Source of the DNA: Veleropilina oligotropha
Taxonomy: Eukaryota
Assembly (NCBI GenBank): GCA_048128005.1
Contig: JBEUKZ010000099.1
Span: forward strand, 62,001-126,000
Reading direction: 5' to 3'
Length of the DNA stretch: 64,000 nucleotides
The position numbers and the translations under genes were made by a program. The notes beneath the pieces were generated by a model. The model ran no database searches and was not told where the DNA came from. It saw only the letters and a list, made by a program, of their open reading frames with translations. Shown here in pieces: positions 51,513 through 64,000 of this stretch (positions are counted from its first letter, which is position 1; each line of letters opens with the position of its first letter).

Positions 51513-51849
51513 CTTTAAAGGATAGTAAACCACGAGTCACTTTTATCAACATTCTATATAACACCGGTAGTTTATAATTATCTGGATTCGAGAGCTTAGT
51601 TCCGTTATGCATATATACACAACATAAATGCAGAATGGACGACACATTAGCTGCGAGGATCGATGTACGCATAGTGATAATTGACGATGCATTGTTTTTC
51701 ACTGACCCACATTAAATAAAGTTTACAATCTTGCAAGAAGTTCTGCATAATTTGATTATCTACCTTGTTACAAACAATTTATACGCCTGCAAAAATGAAA
51801 AATTATCTCCCTTGATATTATAAGATATTCATATCCGCAGAACTCAATA

Positions 51850-52275
51850 CTCTGGTAAAGGAGAATGATTGAACTGGTTTTCCAAGATAACGAGTCTGGT
51901 AGTTGAGAATGCTCATTGCTTTTCCTAGATTATGAGCCTAGCAGATGTGAATGCTCACTGATTTTCATAGATTGCAAATCTGGTAGAGGAGAATGCTCGC
52001 TGAGCGGTTTCCCTAGATTGCGAGAAAGGTGTGTGAGAATGCTCACTGGTTTTCCTGGATAACGAATCTGGTAAATGAGAATGCTTGAACTGGTTTCATA
52101 GATTGAGAGTCTGGCAGATGAGAATGCTCATTGCTTTTCATAGATTGTGAATCTGGTAGATGATCATGAGAATGCTCATTGCTTTTCCTAGATTGCAAGT
52201 CTGGTGGGTGAGAATGCTCACTACGCGGTTTTCCACGATTATGAGCCGGGCAGATGAGAATGCTCGCTGACTTTT
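51850..52275. repeat. Degenerate 42-bp minisatellite running out of the V2 coding end (~10 copies)
   Basis: Unit gataacgagtctggtagttgagaatgctcattgcttttccta; the last unit is the coding sequence for SEHSHLPGS-stop. Confidence 0.85.
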
Positions 52276-52619
52276 ACCAGGACTTCATCGTTAACCACCG
52301 CCCGACTGCTGCACGCCTTGTTGATACATCGGTAGTACGCCTTCTTGTCGCGTTGTTGGTCACGCGTGTACACGTATCCATTGAGGAACAGATTCCGCTG
52401 GCCACGTTTACCGATCACGTACTGCGGAGACTCAAAGTTTGCTGAAGATAGCCTGTTCTTTTTAGGTTTCTGATATTTTGCAATATTCTTGGAGTCTTCT
52501 CCAAACGTATCGCAAATCTCTTCGGAATCGTCGTTGCTAGTACTTTGCATCTCGGACGATAATGCAAAAGTTTGCAGCCATCTTGAATTGGACTCGGCGT
52601 GCTCGTTTGTCAGGATATC
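52239..52619 (-). CDS. Variable terminal exon V2: FLYWCH-type zinc finger, 126 aa
   Basis: Acceptor tttgtcgtttcAG at 52621-52620. Phase 0, DILTNEHAES...YVIGKRGQRNLFLNGYVYTRD...YYRCINKACSSRAVV...EHSH, the FLYWCH pattern with W replaced by Y. Confidence 0.85.
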   Translation of the reverse strand, partial: DILTNEHAESNSRWLQTFALSSEMQSTSNDDSEEICDTFGEDSKNIAKYQKPKKNRLSSANFESPQYVIGKRGQRNLFLNGYVYTRDQQRDKKAYYRCINKACSSRAVVNDEVLVKVSEHSHLPGS

Positions 52620-52789
52620 CTGAAACGACAAATTGGTCCAATGACGATCACAACGTCGATACAATCGAGGTACACGTTCATAAGTTTCAAAGGGTTAAAC
52701 TTCTTGTCTTTGATGTAAATATTATCAGAATAACTGTGGTGTTGCCTTACTGAACATTGTAGATAAATTTAAGGTTAAAATCATAATGG

Positions 52790-53032
52790 GGCATGTTCAT
52801 ATTTAACTTAATATCACGAAAAGAACATCCATCAGTTCAAGCCACCCGGTCGGATAGGGCGTATATTATCTCGTGGGTAGACCCGCCCTCTCCGGCCAGT
52901 TATGGACAACTGCGATGGATAACTGAACAAATAATGTTCAAGTCCAAACCGACATTCGAACCCACTCCTGTTAGTTAGCGCAATCGAGCCAGTGATTTTC
53001 AGAGTCGTCACTCGCTACTACTGGGGTGGCCT
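52790..53032 (-). mobile_element. SINE family A, degenerate copy
   Basis: acccgccctctccggccagttatggacaactgcg...ttcgaacccact. Confidence 0.6.
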
Positions 53033-53515
53033 TTAAACCATGATTAAATCCACACTATATGGACGGAATGACTTTATAGCTACAATAATTGCATTCTTTG
53101 GTATGATCTGACCACTGCATCATGGTGGTGGTATTTCTACAAATTATACGTGACAGCAAACGATATGAATATCAATTGAAAGGTGCACGCGCACAGTCTA
53201 AGAAGAAAATAAATAAAGTCATTTTATTTTTCGAAATAAAAGTATAAAACTAGCTAATATAGTACACAAATATTCATTTTGATACAGTCATATATTATAT
53301 ATACTTATATCTATCATTTTTGTCTTTTTGATGATTTATTCATTTAAAGTTAAATGTAATAATGACAGTAATTATGTTATTCTGAAATATTTCACCTACT
53401 AGTATAATAGGTATCAATATATTGCTTATATGAGATCAAAGCTATAGGTTCATGCTCAGTTGCTACCATCTATATGTACCACAGTCAAAACAATGCAACT
53501 ACGCAAATACAATAT

Positions 53516-54573
53516 TAACAAAAAGTGTGGGAGCCACACATTATCCCATCGGCTTTGTCGTAATTGATGGAGTGTAAACTTTTAAGTTGATCAAGGGGAA
53601 TAATTGCACAAAAACTTTTCAAAATTCTAACAATATAACTTGACCCCTGTGCTTTATTTGCAAGACAGTCACAAGATTTCAACAATATCTGATGCGAGGT
53701 TCTGAAGATAATTGACGCAAACTAAATATGTGCTGAAGAAGAGAGACAACTGTGGAAATATTGGTTGAAGTTCTGCCAAAATCAAATTGACCTCCGAGCT
53801 ATTATTTGGAAATCAGTCATTAGATTTGAACGACATCCGATGCGTGGTCATGAAGATAATTGATGGAAACGAAATGTTTATTTCGAAAATGGGGCATAAC
53901 TGTGGTAATATTTGTTGGAATAATACCAAATTCAATCGGCATCTAGTTTATGGCCCATTGAGAAACCAGCATACAAAATCACGTTTTTTGCGATATCCTG
54001 TTCACGTTGTCAGGAACAAAATCTTTTGTCGATAAAAGGGGGATAACTGTGTAAATATTTATCGGATTAATATAAAATTCAATAGGAATGTCGCAATAAA
54101 CCTGCATACCACATTTGAACGCCTGGCTAGTACGTTTTTCATGATATCCTGTTCACGTCGTGAGCAACAAAGTTCTTATGTCGAAAAAGATGGATAACTG
54201 TGCAAATATTTGTCGTAATAATATCAAATTAAATGCATCCTAGTTTATGTCTCAATAAACCGGCATACCAAATTTGAACTGCCTTAGGCTATTACGGTTT
54301 TCTTGATATCATGTTCACATCATGTATACGGCCAGCCGTGAATTTTTTGTCAATAAGGAAGGATAACTGTGTAAATATTAGTCGGAATACCCCTAAATTC
54401 CATAGAAACTTAGTTAATATCCCAATGAACCTGCGTACCAAATTTGAAGTCCCTACCTATGACGGTTTTCCTGATATCCTGTTCACGTCGTCTATACGGA
54501 CAGATGGATGGAAGGACGGACGGACTACGTGACGACATAATCCCACGGTTTTATAAAACCGATGGGATAAAAA
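53516..54573 (+). mobile_element. HINE-like element with degenerate ~150-bp internal repeats
   Basis: 5' aacaaaaag...atcccatcgg; 3' hairpin atcccacggttttataaaaccgatgggat followed by aaaa; repeated ggataactgtgtaaatattt...taccaaatttgaa...gatatcctgttcacgtc units. Confidence 0.6.
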
Positions 54574-55243
54574 GATAGATAGTCATCTAAGTGTGCCCAG
54601 CTTATGATATACACAATTATTACCAGATGACGGGGCTGTTACTAGTAGGATATCTCGAATTTGGGTGGACGGTAAATCTCAATAACAGCCCGATCAGCGG
54701 GCCGTTATTGCCATTAGCGGCCCGCCGTTTTGTCACGTGACGTGTGAGTATGTGATCGGTGCCATTTTCGCAAAGTCTAGCAGACGACATTTACAATTAC
54801 TAGTTATTTGAAGATTTACCGATGAAAAATAGGAAAGGATGGTATTTTCTTCCAAAATCGTTGTCGTATTGTCATCATTGATCAAAATAAGATAAGAGAT
54901 TATATCTTATAACCATGTGTCGTTTATAAGAACTGTAATATATTTTTAGTTCTGAAGAACGTATAGAAGACAAGACTAAATTAGTTCGCCAAATGATACA
55001 AAAAACACCAGAAATCATGATAAATGTTATCATTTCTAAACACGTTTTAAGAATGATTTTGATAAAAATGCAACTTTAATTTGTTAATTTCCATCGAAAA
55101 TTGATTCGAAGCGACAACAAAATGGCTGTCACTTTGAAATGAAATTAACACGCATATAGTAACCATAATCTACGTGCGGAAGAAAATCTTTTTGCGCCCA
55201 CTAAAGTACAAACTACCCTTTTATAGTATCTGATAATAATAGT

Positions 55244-55388
55244 AATAACATGGTTTTGGCGGGCGTCATGCTGTTTTATTGGCCCTTCATGAATTATTAT
55301 TGGCCCTCCAGTCGAGAATGTCGGGCCAATAATCATTCATGTCAGGCCAATAAAACAGCACGATGCCCTTCAAAACCATGTTATTGTT
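55244..55388. repeat. Long imperfect palindrome
   Basis: aataacatggttttg...tgctgttttattggcc...attattggccc pairs with gggccaataat...ggccaataaaacagca...caaaaccatgttatt. Confidence 0.85.
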
Positions 55389-56034
55389 ATATTATCGAAT
55401 GAGACTTAATTAATAACCTTAACCGAGAGCACAGTAATGGGACATTACAATATACCCCGCCCTTATTAAGGGGGACAACTGTGAATATATTTGTCGAATT
55501 GGACCTTGACCTTCGTGCTGTTATTTGAAACACTGCCAACAGATGTGAACAGCATCAATGCACGGTTATGAAGATAATTGAATGAAACTTCAAATTTATG
55601 TCCAATATATTTACCGAAAATAAAAACGCTGCAAACAGATGTGAAGAACATCATATGCGCGGCTCTATAAGATAATGGATTGAAAGCAAATTTTCATGTC
55701 GAAAGAGGTATAATTGCTTGACCACTACGTAACCAAATTTTTGTGGCAAAATAACTTTGGGGATAACTTTGGTAATATCCGCCAAAATTCTGATGAAATC
55801 GAACTTGACCCAGGTTGTATTATGTGCAACACAGTCATAAGATTTGAACAGCTTGCGATGAGCGGTTCTGAAGATAATCGTCCATTTTTTTATACACTTG
55901 TCAAAATTGCTTAAACTAGAAGTATGATCCTCATACTGGCCAGCCTTTTGTATACAATACATCCATAGAGATTAAATAATCAATAACTCTAATATAAATT
56001 TCCTAGTAACTGTCAGAAAGTATATATCTTACAA

Positions 56035-56845
56035 TAGTTCATATGACCTTGACCTTTGACCCAGTGACCCCAACTTTGAACTTATGGAAGGCCTAATGGT
56101 ATAGTATACAAGGTGTATACCAAATATGAAAGGTGTAGGTCTAGTGGTTTGTGTTCTATGTGACAGAGAGCAATTTTCCAAGTCAAGAACGGAAATACAC
56201 AAAAATGACCTTGACCTTTGACCCAGTGACCCCATCTTTGAACTTAGGCAAGGACTGATGGTATACCAAATACGAAAAGCGTACGTCCAGCGGTTTGTCT
56301 TCTATGTGACAGAAAGTGATCTTCCAAGTCAAGAATGGGATTACACGAAAATAACCTTGACCTTTGACCCAGTGACCCCATCGTTGAACTTAGGCAAGGC
56401 CTGATGGTATACAAGGAGTATACCAAATATAAAATGCGTAGGTCCAGCGGTTCGTCTTCTATGTGACAGAAAGCGATCTTTCAAGTCAAGAACGGAAATG
56501 ACCTTGACCTTTGACCCAGTGATCCCATCTTTGAACTGTGGCAAGGCCTGATTGTGTACAAGTGTATACCAAATATGAAAGGCGTACGTCCAGCGGTTCG
56601 TCTTCTATGTGACAGAAAGCGATCTTCCAAGTCAAGAATGGAAATACACGAAAATGACCTTGACCTATGACCCAGTGACCCCATCTTCGAACTTAGGCAA
56701 GGCCTGATGATATACAAGGTATATACCAAATATGAAAAGCATAGGTCAAGCGGTTCATCTTCTATGTGACAGAAAGCCATTAGCCAATGCAGACGCCGAC
56801 GCCAGTCCACGACTATAGCCCTGCCTAGTTGGCGGGCCAAAAATG
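56035..56845 (+). repeat. ~150-160-bp tandem repeats (gaccttgacctttgacccagtgacccc...), 5 copies, within a HINE-like element
   Basis: Unit starts at about 56044, 56206, 56355, 56500 and 56656; a hairpin plus aaaa closes the element near 56815-56843. Confidence 0.85.
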
Positions 56846-57316
56846 GTGTCAACGATGAGATCATTTGATGCTTCTTCTATGCCGTACATTAATTACAACA
56901 GGATGATATACGCAGGAATATCATGACGTAAAATGAATTGATAAATATGAATATCTACCACAGCAACATGCCGAAAAAATTCAGAGCAAAATAAATCCTA
57001 CATTATTAAAATGAATTCAATTCAAGGATAGCAAGGCTATCACAGTTAATGCCAGTACAATGTCCACATCAGCGGCATGTCAATCATCATTATTTATAGC
57101 TAGGCAGAATTCTCAAAATAATCCTGTTGTGTCTCATTTTCGTTAATGCCACTATCGGCATGTGAAACGTCGTTATTTATAGCGGATATACATCAAATCC
57201 TATTATTCGTTAATGTCACCACTATGTCCACACCGTCAGCATATTTACAGCGGACATACATCAAATACTATGCAGAATTCTTCAGAAATATCGAAAGTTA
57301 TTATCCCCGTTTGGTC

Positions 57317-57901
57317 TCATTTTCGTTGAATGTAGCACTTCTTCTCATGCCTGGTGCAGTTCGTCTGATAGGCGAATCCTCTAATGCAGTAGCGGCATTT
57401 GAAAGGCTGCAGGCCCGCATGCATGTTCACGTGGCCCGTGTACTGGTCTTTTCGTCCGAATTCCCGACCGCATACATCGCACGTGTACCTCAGTAATCCT
57501 TCAATGTACTGCTGTGACTTTTCGTGGAAGCTTTTGTGAAGCTGGTACGCACTCGTGTTGGTGAAATCCATATTACACGTGCCGCACCGCATCTGACGAT
57601 AACTACCTGCCTCCGACAGGGTCCTGTCGCTGCTGGGTCCGCCAGAATCGAGAGCTCCATCTTCTGCTACAAAAATATGATGCACCATGTCCAATGGTAA
57701 AGCAACGGTGCTGGACGATGGAAACATCCTGGGGAAAGACGCTTTGCGGAGGATATCTCCAGGGGATTTTCGCAGATATTGTACGTCCGGATCAGTACCA
57801 CGATTTGGCGAATTGCATTCAATATGTTCTTCAGTGTTTTCCTGTATCCACTTATTGACGTCATCGTCAGACAGAAGCTGTTCATTAATAGGGTCTGATT
57901 T
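57317..57901 (-). CDS. Variable terminal exon V1: 3 zinc fingers (2 C2H2 + C2HC), 194 aa
   Basis: Acceptor ctatttcttccgtttcAG at 57903-57902. Phase 0, with 58 open codons (KSDPINEQLL...ASFPR) before the first ATG and an in-frame TGA 9 codons upstream. Fingers CGTC, CDVC..YTGHVNMH, CRYC..RHEKKC. Confidence 0.88.
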   Translation of the reverse strand, partial: KSDPINEQLLSDDDVNKWIQENTEEHIECNSPNRGTDPDVQYLRKSPGDILRKASFPRMFPSSSTVALPLDMVHHIFVAEDGALDSGGPSSDRTLSEAGSYRQMRCGTCNMDFTNTSAYQLHKSFHEKSQQYIEGLLRYTCDVCGREFGRKDQYTGHVNMHAGLQPFKCRYCIRGFAYQTNCTRHEKKCYIQRK

Positions 57902-58620
57902 CTGAAACGGAAGAAATAGATCCCGTCACGTGCATATCAGACGTACATCGACAACATCTATTGATTTCTCATCCCATTCAATGTCATTTTTGAAGACACA
58001 TTGCAAACTGTGAATATTTTAACAGAAATGGTCTCTTTTTGAAGAAATGTCATATATTCAATCTGTTCCAGACGATCTCAATAATGTATATAAAAACAAG
58101 AACGACGCTTTCGGAATATGTCTTGACATTTGTCTGTTAGTGCCGCCAGTTTAACAGTTATATGATATATTGGTTTACATTATTTAAAAATAATGAAACG
58201 AGTCGGGCACAATTTATGTACCGAGCCTTGGCGAGATACATAAATTTGCTGATGAGTTTCAAAATTCTCATATGAAATGGAAACAAGTTTGATATCTTTA
58301 TCACATGACTTTATTTACCTTTAAACTTATTTTATTGCATTTTTAAACTCATTTCTTTACGTTTTAAAATTAATTTCGGTTATTAATGCTGTATGCGTAA
58401 TATGAAAAATATAGCATTTATATATTTATAAACAGGATAACCTGGATATTTTAAAGCACAAGAACATAATTACGCATCTTATTTTCATTCTATTTCATAA
58501 TATGTGAAATAACATGTTGAGTAATAAATAATGCTTCTATGATATACGTTCTCAGTCTACATGATCGAACAACTGCAATGTGTGAGTGACATCAGGTTTT
58601 TTCTTATTTTATATGACAAA

Positions 58621-61600
58621 TCATGATCAATGCTGTATCGACATTTATCCTAAACTATCTGGCTTATAATTACGTGATACCAATAGATTTTCTCAAATTC
58701 AGTGAGCAACATGATATTAAAATCATCTGGGTCCATCACATTGTAGTTTGAACAAAAGAGCAGGTTATCCTTCAACGAGAGTATAGACATATCATGGTAT
58801 GACTCTGAAATGTGAATAGTGCAAAAGGGGATGTTAAGCATTATTAAAATCAAACTAGAAGAAAATTCACCTGAAATAGTTTTTTGTCAAAATTTAGCAA
58901 CTTGGGAATTGTTCATAGTATCGTGAAAGAAAATTACAGAATATCCAATGAAACATCTTCCTCTGTCGTTTACGGACTACCGCAACTGTAGAATTGCAGA
59001 GCCGTTAATAACTGAGAGTATATACACTACACACTGCCATCCCAGCCTGGGAGTAGATACACTACACACTGCCATCCCAGCCTGGGAGTATATACACTAC
59101 ACACTGCCATCCCAGCCTGGGAGTATATACACTACACACTGCCATCCCAGCCTGGGAGTATATACACTACACACTGCCATCCCAGCCTGGGAGTATATAC
59201 ACTACACACTGCCATCCCAGCCTGGGAGTATATACACTACACACTGCCATCCCAGCCTGGGAGTATATACACTACACACTGCCATCCCAGCCTGGGAGTA
59301 TATACACTACACACTGCCATCCCAGCCTGGGAGTATATACACTACACACTGCCATCCCAGCCTGGGAGTATATACACTACACACTGCCATCCCAGCCTGG
59401 GAGTATATACACTACACACTGCCATCCCAGCCTGGGAGTATATACACTACACACTGCCATCCCAGCCTGGGAGTATATACACTACACACTGCCATCCCAG
59501 CCTGGGAGTAGATACACTACACACTGCCATCCCAGCCTGGGAGTATATACACTACACACTGCCATCCCAGCCTGGGAGTATATACACTACACACTGCCAT
59601 CCCAGCCTGGGAGTATATACACTACACACTGCCATCCCAGCCTGGGAGTATATACACTACACACTGCCATCCCAGCCTGGGAGTATATACACTACACACT
59701 GCCATCCCAGCCTGGGAGTATATACACTACACACTGCCATCCCAGCCTGGGAGTATATACACTACACACTGCCATCCCAGCCTGGGAGTATATACACTAC
59801 ACACTGCCATCCCAGCCTGGGAGTATATACACTACACACTGCCATCCCAGCCTGGGAGTATATACACTACACACTGCCATCCCAGCCTGGGAGTATATAC
59901 ACTACACACTGCCATCCCAGCCTGGGAGTATATACACTACACACTGCCATCCCAGCCTGGGAGTATATACACTACACACTGCCATCCCAGCCTGGGAGTA
60001 GATACACTACACACTGCCATCCCAGCCTGGGAGTATATACACTACACACTGCCATCCCAGCCTGGGAGTATATACACTACACACTGCCATCCCAGCCTGG
60101 GAGTATATACACTACACACTGCCATCCCAGCCTGGGAGTATATACACTACACACTGCCATCCCAGCCTGGGAGTATATACACTACACACTGCCATCCCAG
60201 CCTGGGAGTATATACACTACACACTGCCATCCCAGCCTGGGAGTAGATACACTACACACTGCCATCCCAGCCTGGGAGTAGATACACTACACACTGCCAT
60301 CCCAGCCTGGGAGTATATACACTACACACTGCCATCCCAGCCTGGGAGTATATACACTACACACTGCCATCCCAGCCTGGGAGTATATACACTACACACT
60401 GCCATCCCAGCCTGGGAGTATATACCCTACACACTGCCATCCCAGCCTGGGAGTATATACACTACACACTGCCATCCCAGCCTGGGAGTAGATACACTAC
60501 ACACTGCCATCCCAGCCTGGGAGTAGATACACTACACACTGCCATCCCAGCCTGGGAGTATATACACTACACACTGCCATCCCAGCCTGGGAGTATATAC
60601 ACTACACACTGCCATCCCAGCCTGGGAGTATATACCCTACACACTGCCATCCCAGCCTGGGAGTAGATACACTACACACTGCCATCCCAGCCTGGGAGTA
60701 GATACACTACACACTGCCATCCCAGCCTGGGAGTATATACACTACACACTGCCATCCCAGCCTGGGAGTATATACACTACACACTGCCATCCCAGCCTGG
60801 GAGTATATACACTACACACTGCCATCCCAGCCTGGGAGTAGATACACTACACACTGCCATCCCAGCCTGGGAGTAGATACACTACACACTGCCATCCCAG
60901 CCTGGGAGTATATACACTACACACTGCCATCCCAGCCTGGGAGTATATACACTACACACTGCCATCCCAGCCTGGGAGTAGATACACTACACACTGCCAT
61001 CCCAGCCTGGGAGTAGATACACTACACACTGCCATCCCAGCCTGGGAGTATATACACTACACACTGCCATCCCAGCCTGGGAGTATATACACTACACACT
61101 GCCATCCCAGCCTGGGAGTAGATACACTACACACTGCCATCCCAGCCTGGGAGTATATACACTACACACTGCCATCCCAGCCTGGGAGTAGATACACTAC
61201 ACACTGCCATCCCAGCCTGGGAGTATATACACTACACACTGCCATCCCAGCCTGGGAGTATATACACTACACACTGCCATCCCAGCCTGGGAGTAGATAC
61301 ACTACACACTGCCATCCCAGCCTGGGAGTATATACACTACACACTGCCATCCCAGCCTGGGAGTATATACACTACACACTGCCATCCCAGCCTGGGAGTA
61401 TATACACTACACACTGCCATCCCAGCCTGGGAGTATATACACTACACACTGCCATCCCAGCCTGGGAGTATATACACTACACACTGCCATCCCAGCCTGG
61501 GAGTATATACACTACACACTGCCATCCCAGCCTGGGAGTATATACACTACACACTGCCATCCCAGCCTGGGAGTATATACACTACACACTGCCATCCCAG

Positions 61601-63438
61601 CCTGGGAGTATATACACTACACACTGCCATCCCAGCCTGGGAGTATATACACTACACACTGCCATCCCAGCCTGGGAGTATATACACTGTAACACACTGC
61701 CATCCCAGCCTGGGAGTATATACACTACACACTGCCATCCCAGCCTGGGAGTATATACACTACACACTGCCATCCCAGCCTGGGAGTATATACACTGTAA
61801 CACACTGCCATCCCAGCCTGGGAGTATATACACTGTAACACACTGCCATCCCAGCCTGGGAGTATATACACTACACACTGCCATCCCAGCCTGGGAGTAT
61901 ATACACTACACACTGCCATCCCAGCCTGGGAGTATATACACTACACACTGCCATCCCAGCCTGGGAGTATATACACTGTAACACACTGCCATCCCAGCCT
62001 GGGAGTAGATACACTACACACTGCCATCCCAGCCTGGGAGTATATACACTACACACTGCCATCCCAGCCTGGGAGTATATACACTGTAACACACTGCCAT
62101 CCCAGCCTGGGAGTATATCCACTACACACTGCCATCCCAGCCTGGGAGTATATACCCTACACACTGCCATCCCAGCCTGGGAGTATATACACTACACACT
62201 GCCATCCCAGCCTGGGAGTAGATACACTACACACTGCCATCCCAGCCTGGGAGTATATACACTACACACTGCCATCCCAGCCTGGGAGTAGATACACTAC
62301 ACACTGCCATCCCAGCCTGGGAGTATATACACTACACACTGCCATCCCAGCCTGGGAGTATATACACTGTAACACACTGCCATCCCAGCCTGGGAGTATA
62401 TATACACTACACACTGCCATCCCAGCCTGGGAGTATATACCCTACACACTGCCATCCCAGCCTGGGAGTATATACAATACACACTGCCATCCCAGCCTGG
62501 GAGTAGATACACTACACACTGCCATCCCAGCCTGGGAGTATATACACTACACACTGCCATCCCAGCCTGGGAGTATATACACTACACACTGCCATCCCAG
62601 CCTCATCAGGAGGCGGGTCTGGGAGTAGATACACTACACACTGCCATCCCAGCCTGGGAGTATATACACTACACACTGCCATCCCAGCCTCATCAGGAGG
62701 CGGGTCTGGGAGTAGATACACTACACACTGCAATCCCAGCCTGGGAGTATATACACTACACACTGCCATCCCAGCCTGGGAGTATATACACTGTAACACA
62801 CTGCCATCCCAGCCTGGGAGTATATACACTACACACTGCCATCCCAGCCTGGGAGTATATACACTGTAACACACTGCCATCCCAGCCTGGGAGTATATAC
62901 ACTACACACTGCCATCCCAGCCTCATCAGGCGGCGGGTCTGGGAGTAGATACACTACACACTGCCATCCCAGCCTCGTCAGGCGGCGGGTCTGGGAGTAT
63001 ATACACTACACACTGCCATCCCAGCCTCATCAGGAGGCGGGCCTGGGAGTAGATACACTACACACTGCCATCCCAGCCTCATCAGGAGGCGGGTCTGGGA
63101 GTATATACACTACACACTGCCATCCCAGCCTCATCAGGAGGCGGGTCTGGGAGTATATACACTACACACTGCCATCCCAGCCTCATCAGGAGGCGGGCCT
63201 GGGAGTATATACACTACACACTGCCATCCCAGCCTCATCAGGAGGCGGGTCTGGGAGTATATACACTTCACACTGCCATCACAGCCTCATCAGGCGGCGG
63301 GTGGATCGACAGTAACACTGTTGTCGCGCCGCAATGGTTTGATTCGATCCTTAACGTCTCATTTTAACACCCTTCAGGGCCCTGAATTTGAGAAAATCTA
63401 TCACGTAGTTTAGGATGAATGTCGATACAGCATCATGA
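58621..63438. mobile_element. TIR-bounded element carrying the 35-bp satellite
   Basis: 58621-58700 (atgctgtatcgacatttatcctaaacta...atagattttctcaaattcag) is an imperfect inverted repeat of 63382-63438 (ctgaatttgagaaaatctat...tagtttaggatgaatgtcgatacagcat). Confidence 0.65.
59016..63302. repeat. 35-bp tandem satellite (gggagtatatacactacacactgccatcccagcct), roughly 120 copies
   Basis: Highly homogeneous array, with 37-bp (+2 nt) variants after ~61680 and longer variants (+catcaggaggcgggtct) after ~62600. Confidence 0.98.
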
Positions 63439-64000
63439 GGTTTTCAGTATGATAGAGATTTCGTCCCGCCTTGTTCATATCATTGCGGGACGAAAGCTCG
63501 ATCATAGTGAAAACCTGCCAGGTCTCCACAAAATTGCGCGAACGATCGTTCAGCTCGCCTGAAGCTCGTGCAAATGCAATGTTGCGTGACCCAATTTTCG
63601 TTTGTGCAAAATTTCAGTTAATTCAATTCAATAGATATTTATTTACCTTGTCAGTAACGAATGTTGTTATGGCTGAAGCCGCAATATACTATAAAATAGT
63701 ATAAATAAAGCATGGCCAAGAATCTAATTGTTTACATCTTCGAAAAGTTCTGAATTCTGACAATGCAGAACATGGGCTACTGTTCACATATTATAAATCA
63801 TGACAGATTTGTGTCCCTGGATTATTCTAAAAATAGTAACTGGGAATTCCCAGTTTGCTGCAACAACCAAAGCTGTGTCAGCTTCAGGATGCTTCTGCGA
63901 TATTTTATTTTACAAGACATGTCAAACATTATTGAATACGACGTATATCTCACTAAATTCATTAAAATATTACATTATTATAACACAATAATGGAATTGC

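Noticed and set aside
59016..63302. CRISPR-like array of 35-bp repeats, and ORFs in this region
   Set aside because: Units are head-to-tail with no unique spacers, there are no cas genes and the context is eukaryotic. The ORFs are translations of the satellite.

Overview
This is AT-rich animal genomic DNA, probably a marine invertebrate such as a lophotrochozoan (inferred from the repeat types). It is not prokaryotic. The main signal is an array of 11 minus-strand coding exons between 4,065 and 57,901. Ten encode related C2H2/C2HC zinc-finger modules and one encodes a FLYWCH zinc finger. Each starts right after a pyrimidine-rich 3' splice acceptor (TTTCAG in 10, TTTTAG in 1), all 11 acceptors are in codon phase 0, and each exon ends in its own stop codon. 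Two exons have no in-frame ATG before their third finger. The simplest reading is one transcription-factor gene with a shared 5' constant region outside the window (beyond 64,000, or supplied in trans) and mutually exclusive variable terminal exons, analogous to Drosophila lola and mod(mdg4). I number them V1-V11 in transcription order, V1 at 57.9 kb and V11 at 4.5 kb. The array shows birth-and-death evolution: two paralog groups, duplicated 3'UTR blocks and a decayed FLYWCH pseudo-exon. The space between exons is filled with transposons: a near-intact two-ORF L2/CR1-group LINE inside a four-layer nest, CR1 fragments, non-autonomous Helitrons, Helentron-like elements, SINEs, several MITE types, Harbinger, THAP and Crypton remnants, and minisatellites including a ~4.3 kb array of a 35-bp unit. 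I found no rRNA, intact tRNA or CRISPR array. Exon, Helitron and TSD coordinates were counted by hand; other repeat boundaries are approximate.
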